From NCBI GenBank assembly GCA_958348985.1, contig CATWBG010000005.1, positions 20,465-84,464 on the forward strand: a DNA stretch of 64,000 nt, written 5' to 3'. Below, in pieces: positions 58,653 to 64,000 of this stretch. The position numbers were made by a program, and so were the translations under genes. The notes under the pieces were generated by a model. It had not been told where the DNA came from, ran no database searches, and was given only the letters and a program-made list of their open reading frames with translations. Source of the stretch: an uncultured Collinsella sp. GTDB taxonomy: Bacteria; Actinomycetota; Coriobacteriia; Coriobacteriales; Coriobacteriaceae. Numbering within the stretch: the first letter of the stretch is position 1; each line of letters begins with the position of its first letter.

Positions 58653-60875
58653 TTATAGGTGCAAAACGCGGTCGCGAATCTCCTCGGTGCGGCCCTGGTT
58701 CCAAAACTGCGTACCGATATAGCCGCAAGTACGACGCGCCACGTTCATCTTTTCCTGGTCGCGGTTACCGCAGTGGGGGCACTCCCACACCAGCTTTCCG
58801 TCGTCTTCCACAATCTTGATCTCGCCGTCGTAGCCACATACCTGGCAATAGTCGCTCTTGGTGTTGAGCTCGGCGTACATGATGTTGTCGTAGATGTACT
58901 GCATCACACGGATAACGGCCTTGAGGTTATCCTGCATGTTGGGAACCTCAACGTAAGAGATGGCGCCACCAGGGCTCAGACGTTGGAACTGGCTCTCGAA
59001 CTTGAGCTTGTCAAAAGCGTCAATCTGCTCGGACACGTGCACGTGATAGCTGTTGGTGATGTAGCCCTTGTCGGTCACGCCGGGAACGATGCCAAAGCGG
59101 CGCTGCAGCGACTTGGCGAATTTGTACGTCGTGGACTCGAGCGGCGTGCCGTAAAGCGAAAAGTCGATGTTGCTCTCGGCCTTCCATTCGTTGCACTTGT
59201 CGTTCATGTGCTGCATGACCTGCATCGCAAAGGGCGTACCCTCCGCCTCGGTATGGCTGTGGCCGGTCATGTACTTGACGCATTCGTACAGGCCCGCATA
59301 GCCAAGCGAGATGGTCGAATATCCGCCATACAGCAGCTTATCGATGGTCTCGCCCTTCTTCAGACGCGCAAGGGCACCGTACTGCCACAGAATCGGAGCA
59401 GCGTCGGACAGCGTGCCCTTCAAGCGATCGTGACGGCACATGAGCGCCTTGTGGCACAGCTCCAAGCGCTCGTCAAAGATCTCCCAGAACTTGTCCATGT
59501 CCTGATGCGACGAGAGCGCCACGTCGGGAAGATTGATGGTAACGACGCCTTGGTTAAAGCGGCCGTAGTACTTGGGCTTACCCGGCTCCCAGTTGCCGGC
59601 ATTCGCCACGTTGCCATAGCCGTTGCCGGAGCGATCGGGAGTCAGGAAGCTGCGGCAGCCCATGCAGGTGTAGCAGTCGCCGTTGCCCTCGGTCTCGCCC
59701 AGAGATAGCTTGTACTCGCGCATCTTCTTCTCAGAGATGTAATCGGGCACCATACGCTTGGCGGTACACTTGGCCGCAAGCTGCGTGAGGTAGAAGAACG
59801 GAGAGTCCTCGGCTACGTTGTCGTCCTCGAGCACGTAGATGAGCTTGGGGAACGCCGGGGTGATCCATACGCCCGCCTCGTTCTTCACGCCCTCATAACG
59901 CTGACGCAAGGTCTCCTCGACAATCATGGCGAGGTCATGTTTCTCGGACTCGGAACGAGCCTCGTTGAGATACATGAACACGGTGACAAACGGGGCCTGG
60001 CCGTTAGTGGTCATAAGGGTTACAACCTGGTACTGGATGGTCTGAACGCCACGGCGAATCTCGTCGCGCAGACGTTCCTCCACAACCTCATGCATCTTCT
60101 CCTCGGGAGCGCTCACACCAAGCTCTTCGAGCTCGCGAGTCACCTCGCGGCGGATCTTTTGGCGGCTCACCTCGACGAAAGGCGCCAGATGCGTCAGCGA
60201 GATGGACTGACCGCCATACTGAGAAGACGCAACCTGGGCGATGATCTGCGTGGCGATGTTGCACGCCGTCGAGAAACTATGCGGCTTCTCGATAAGCGTA
60301 CCCGAGATAACCGTGCCGTTCTGCAGCATGTCCTCAAGGTTCACCAGGTCGCAGTTGTGCATATGCTGAGCAAAGTAATCCGAGTCATGGAAGTGGATGA
60401 TGCCCTCGTTATGAGCGGCCACGACATCGGCAGGCAGCAAGACGCGCTGCGCCAGATCCTTGGAAACCTCGCCAGCCATGTAGTCGCGCTGAACGGAATT
60501 GACGGTGGGATTCTTGTTGGAGTTCTCCTGCTTGACCTCTTCGTTGTTGCACTCGATAAGCGAGAGAATCTTGTCATCGGTAGTGTTCTTGGTGCGCTTG
60601 AGACTCTGCACATAGCGGTAGATGATGTAGTGGCGAGCCACCTCGTAGCGATCGAGACGCATAATCTCGTCCTCGACCATATCCTGAATCTCTTCGACGG
60701 AAACGGTGTGGCCGGCGTTCTCGCAAGCATCGGCAACGTTTTGCGCGGCATAGACAACCTGGCGCTCGGTCAAGCGATCGGCCTCCTTGACCTCACGGTT
60801 CGCCGCTCGAATCGCGCTGCTGATCTTCTCGATGTCAAACGTAACTTCCACTCCGCTGCGCTTGATGATCTTCAT
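58653..60875 (-). CDS. nrdD: Class III anaerobic ribonucleoside-triphosphate reductase
   Basis: ATP cone MKIIKRSG, HNC, MGCRSFL, TNSYH, CQVC/CPHC, RTCGY glycyl-radical motif. Confidence 0.98.
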   Translation of the reverse strand: MKIIKRSGVEVTFDIEKISSAIRAANREVKEADRLTERQVVYAAQNVADACENAGHTVSVEEIQDMVEDEIMRLDRYEVARHYIIYRYVQSLKRTKNTTDDKILSLIECNNEEVKQENSNKNPTVNSVQRDYMAGEVSKDLAQRVLLPADVVAAHNEGIIHFHDSDYFAQHMHNCDLVNLEDMLQNGTVISGTLIEKPHSFSTACNIATQIIAQVASSQYGGQSISLTHLAPFVEVSRQKIRREVTRELEELGVSAPEEKMHEVVEERLRDEIRRGVQTIQYQVVTLMTTNGQAPFVTVFMYLNEARSESEKHDLAMIVEETLRQRYEGVKNEAGVWITPAFPKLIYVLEDDNVAEDSPFFYLTQLAAKCTAKRMVPDYISEKKMREYKLSLGETEGNGDCYTCMGCRSFLTPDRSGNGYGNVANAGNWEPGKPKYYGRFNQGVVTINLPDVALSSHQDMDKFWEIFDERLELCHKALMCRHDRLKGTLSDAAPILWQYGALARLKKGETIDKLLYGGYSTISLGYAGLYECVKYMTGHSHTEAEGTPFAMQVMQHMNDKCNEWKAESNIDFSLYGTPLESTTYKFAKSLQRRFGIVPGVTDKGYITNSYHVHVSEQIDAFDKLKFESQFQRLSPGGAISYVEVPNMQDNLKAVIRVMQYIYDNIMYAELNTKSDYCQVCGYDGEIKIVEDDGKLVWECPHCGNRDQEKMNVARRTCGYIGTQFWNQGRTEEIRDRVLHL

Positions 60876-61092
60876 GAAGCTCGTACCTCTCGTCCTCTTC
60901 TACAAGGCGCACGAACGTTGCGGGTCTCTCCCGCCTTCCTGCGTCTTCTCTATTCGTTGAAAGACTTTACGCTCGCGTGCGGACAGATCCCGGCCTTGCC
61001 CATAGGGCGGCAAGGGAAGTGCCGTAACGCATTTGGCAAGCGCGAAGTCACATCTTACGGTGCGTCGATACCTATCATACGACAAGTTACTC

Positions 61093-61139
61093 ACCCTATA
61101 TAATGTTTTCTTATTAATGGTCAACACTATATATTGTGT
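61093..61139. promoter_or_regulatory. Tandem NrdR boxes
   Basis: acactatatattgtgt (61124-61139) and a weaker accctatataatgttt (61093-61108), 31 bp apart. Confidence 0.8.
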
Positions 61140-61349
61140 TTTAGCAGGTCAACGGCGTAAGAAAGATACCGTAAACATTTACATTGCTTCCACGGGCCGA
61201 TCTATTCCACGCGCCGCCAACACGTGACCTGCAGTTTGGCCCTCAAGCATATTGGACATATTCCCGTCAGAAATCTTTCAAAACCTCACGAGTCCCGCGA
61301 TGAACGGCGTTAAAAAAGCACTTGACCTATATGTTGTGCGTTCAGCGAG

Positions 61350-61388
61350 AAAAGGGCGCGTCAAACCGCATTGATTCGACGCGCCCTC
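61350..61388 (-). terminator. Terminator of the LPXTG coiled-coil gene
   Basis: agggcgcgtc...gacgcgccct with an A run on the + strand. Confidence 0.7.
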
Positions 61389-61421
61389 CAAATCGAAGGT
61401 TATGGATGCGAAAGCCCGCGG

Positions 61422-64000
61422 CTACTTCGCATCGCGACGACGACGAGCGATCTCGCCCGCGGCGATAGCGGCGGCACCGGCGCCGGCGATAATGACAACC
61501 CCCTCGAAAGTTCTATCGCCCGTCTGCGGCAGCGCGACAACCGCGGTACGCGAGGCGGCAACGGCCCCGTTTGAAGTCTGCTGCGCCGCAGCAGATGCAG
61601 TGCCCTTGCCCTCTGCCAAAGTCCCCGTCGAAGAAGTGCCGGATACAGAACTCGAACCCGTTGCAGCACCAGAGCCCGTAGCCTGCGAGCACTTGTTGTA
61701 GCACTCGAGCGCAGCATCGTAGTTAGCCCGCGCGGCATCAAGCTCATCTTTTGCCTGCTGCTGCGCGGACACAGCGTTGTCGTATGCAGCCTGCTTCGCC
61801 AACGTGTTCGCATGAGCAGCCTCAAACGCCGCCTTGGCGGAGGCGAGCAGCTTCTCCTTCGCCTGCAAGCCGACCCTAGCCTTGATGGCATCGACTTCCG
61901 CCTGAGCAACCTGTGCGCTCAGCTCCGCCAGCTCCTTGTTTGCGCGCTCCGCACGTTGCTTCGCGGCATCCAAATCGGTACGGGACCGATCGACGTTCTG
62001 CTTTGCAGCCGCTTGTGCCGCACGGGCCTCCTCGAGCTTTTGCGCCGCTTGCCGAGCCGCTTGCTCGGCGTTCTCGGCAAGTTTAGAGGCGGACTCCGCC
62101 ACCTTACGCGCGGCTTCCATAGTGGTATAGGCGGCAGCCTCGGCGTCCTTTGCGACTTGCAGCTGGACGCCCGCCGCGTCCATAGCAAGCTTTGCCGCCT
62201 TCTCGGCAACCTCGGCGCCCACCACGAGCGTACGGGCGGCATCCAGGTTCTTGGCAGCCACCGCAAGCTGGGCATTCACGATATCGAGCTCTGTCTTCGC
62301 CTCTTCGTATTTTCGAGTAAGCTCGCCTGGAATCTTCACGCCAAGCACGGTCTTGCCGTCAATTTGCTCATTGAGCTTTTTGAGCTCGGCAGCGTGCTGC
62401 GCGTCGTAGGAAGAAACAGCGGAGTTTGCAGCATCGGCACCAGCTTGCGCGTCTTGCTGGACTGCCAGCTTTTGATCGAGGACCTGCTGGGCCTCGTTCT
62501 TTTTCGCCTCTGCCTGCTCGGTCTGCTGCTTCGCTTGCCCGAGAGCCTTCTCGGCATCGTCAAGCTTTCGCTTGTACTCATCCAAATGGTCGATAGCGTC
62601 CAGCCGAATGCTCACATTATCGAGCTCAGTCTGATCGGCACTGAGCGCCGCCCTCGCCGCATCGAGCTCATCGCGTGCAGCCTGTTTTGCCGCCTGTGCG
62701 TCGGCCACTTCCTGTTTTGCCCGAGCCAAGGCCTCATCGAGCGGCGCCTTCGCGGCATTCGCGCTGTCGAGCGCGGCTTGGGCGGCGGCGACCTCCTCTG
62801 CCTTGGCATCCTGCTTCGCCTTCAGGCCGCTCAGGTTGGCTTCGGCAGAGTCAAGCGCCTTCTTGGCCTCGTTTTTCACCGACTGAAGAACCCATTTGCT
62901 GTCCTTGATGGCATCGTAGCTGGACTTTGCGGCGTTATATACAATCTGAGAAGCGCTCACCTCGGAGTCGATCTTCGACTTCTCCTTCTGTCTAGCGGAA
63001 AGAGCAGCCTGGGCATCCTCCACCGCTTGCGTCGGGGCGACCAGATTGTCCTCGGCAGTCTTCTGGGTCGCTTGCGCAGCATCGAGCGCCGCCGTGGCTC
63101 TATCGAGCGCCGTTTGATCGCCTTCAACCTGCTGCTGCCCATGGGCAATCTTGTCCTCGAGCTCATGTTTATGCGCACGTAGCGCCTGAACCTGCGATGC
63201 ATCTCCGGCAATCTTCGTGGCATCCTCATAAATCGCACGGGCATCATCGGCTGCTTGCTGTTTTACCTGCTGATTTTTCACCGCATCGTTATATGAGTTC
63301 GTCGCGGCGCCGAGCGTGGCTTGAGCCGATGCGACATCCGCCTTTGCTGCATCGAGCGTCGCATTCGCCTCGTCGACCCTCTTCTCAAGTTCGTCGTGCC
63401 CCTGGTTGATCTCGTCGCGACGCGCGTTGGCGTCGTCCAAGGCTTTCTTGGCCTTATCGTATTTGGCCTGCGCATCCTTTTGGCGATCGACCATGCCGTT
63501 GTACCAATTCTCGGCGTTTTTGAGATTCTTCTTAGCGGTCTCGAGGGCGCTTACCGCGGCATCGTGCTTGGTGCGCGCATCGTCAAACTTGCCCTGGGCC
63601 TTTTTGCTTTGAGCACTCGCCGTCTTCCAAAGCTTTTGGGCAGCCTCGTAATTTTTCTGAGCCAGATCGGCAGCCGCCTTGAGACTGTCAACAGAATTGC
63701 TTGAAACACCGGCGAGGGCCTGGAGACGCTGCACTTCGAGCGTCGCCTTAGCGTACTCGGCCTTAGCAGCTTCGAGCTCGGCGGTCTTCTTCACGACCGC
63801 GCGGTCCGCTTCTTTGACCTCGTCGCTCTTCTCGGTCCACTCGCCTTCAACGTCTTTAAGGTGCTGCTGGGCAGCGTCATTGGCTGCCGCCGCCTCGTCA
63901 TAGGCGGCCTGGGCCGCCTCGAGATTCTTTGCAGCCTCCCTCTCTGCCGCTTGTGCAACCTCAAGATCGGTTGAGGCGTTGCCGGTCGCATCACGCTTGG
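61422..64000 (-). CDS. Very long Ala/Lys/Gln coiled-coil sortase-anchored surface protein; 5' end outside the window
   Basis: Frame stays open from 63794 to the edge (KRDATGNAST...); C-terminal LPQTG, TM helix and RRRR. Confidence 0.9.
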   Translation of the reverse strand, partial: KRDATGNASTDLEVAQAAEREAAKNLEAAQAAYDEAAAANDAAQQHLKDVEGEWTEKSDEVKEADRAVVKKTAELEAAKAEYAKATLEVQRLQALAGVSSNSVDSLKAAADLAQKNYEAAQKLWKTASAQSKKAQGKFDDARTKHDAAVSALETAKKNLKNAENWYNGMVDRQKDAQAKYDKAKKALDDANARRDEINQGHDELEKRVDEANATLDAAKADVASAQATLGAATNSYNDAVKNQQVKQQAADDARAIYEDATKIAGDASQVQALRAHKHELEDKIAHGQQQVEGDQTALDRATAALDAAQATQKTAEDNLVAPTQAVEDAQAALSARQKEKSKIDSEVSASQIVYNAAKSSYDAIKDSKWVLQSVKNEAKKALDSAEANLSGLKAKQDAKAEEVAAAQAALDSANAAKAPLDEALARAKQEVADAQAAKQAARDELDAARAALSADQTELDNVSIRLDAIDHLDEYKRKLDDAEKALGQAKQQTEQAEAKKNEAQQVLDQKLAVQQDAQAGADAANSAVSSYDAQHAAELKKLNEQIDGKTVLGVKIPGELTRKYEEAKTELDIVNAQLAVAAKNLDAARTLVVGAEVAEKAAKLAMDAAGVQLQVAKDAEAAAYTTMEAARKVAESASKLAENAEQAARQAAQKLEEARAAQAAAKQNVDRSRTDLDAAKQRAERANKELAELSAQVAQAEVDAIKARVGLQAKEKLLASAKAAFEAAHANTLAKQAAYDNAVSAQQQAKDELDAARANYDAALECYNKCSQATGSGAATGSSSVSGTSSTGTLAEGKGTASAAAQQTSNGAVAASRTAVVALPQTGDRTFEGVVIIAGAGAAAIAAGEIARRRRDAK

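Noticed and set aside
60876..61079. Cobalamin riboswitch upstream of nrdD
   Set aside because: B12-box and GGGAA/ACTG core motifs were not found

Overview
GC-rich chromosomal window that is probably from a gut Coriobacteriaceae bacterium (Collinsella-like; inferred from gene content and codon style). The left end holds the start of a minus-strand signalling/surface cluster (FHA protein, Ser/Thr kinase, small membrane protein, Ig-like secreted protein running off the edge). The rest is mostly housekeeping and metabolism: amino-acid ABC components, a bile-acid 12alpha-HSDH-like SDR, two LysR modules, metY, addAB, yerC/hisR, proA/proB, pncB, a 6S-like RNA plus tRNA-Ala(CGC), a DEAD-box helicase, cop and cad metal operons, an atypical D-Ala-D-X ligase, nrdDG-folE-HD-folB and two LPXTG surface proteins. 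The main unexplained signals are: (1) two copies of a ~170-bp palindromic element with covarying arms whose core is exactly inverted between copies, plus a Vsr/DUF559-like nuclease gene followed by a similar long palindrome; (2) an orphan ligase with a VanA/B/D-type omega loop; (3) a Met-rich leader peptide with alternative pairings upstream of metY; (4) a 98-codon all-GC3 domain cassette bounded by 12-bp direct repeats inside an LPXTG gene; (5) a 37-bp hairpin fused to the stop codons of two unrelated genes. All family assignments come from motif recognition by eye; no database search was run.
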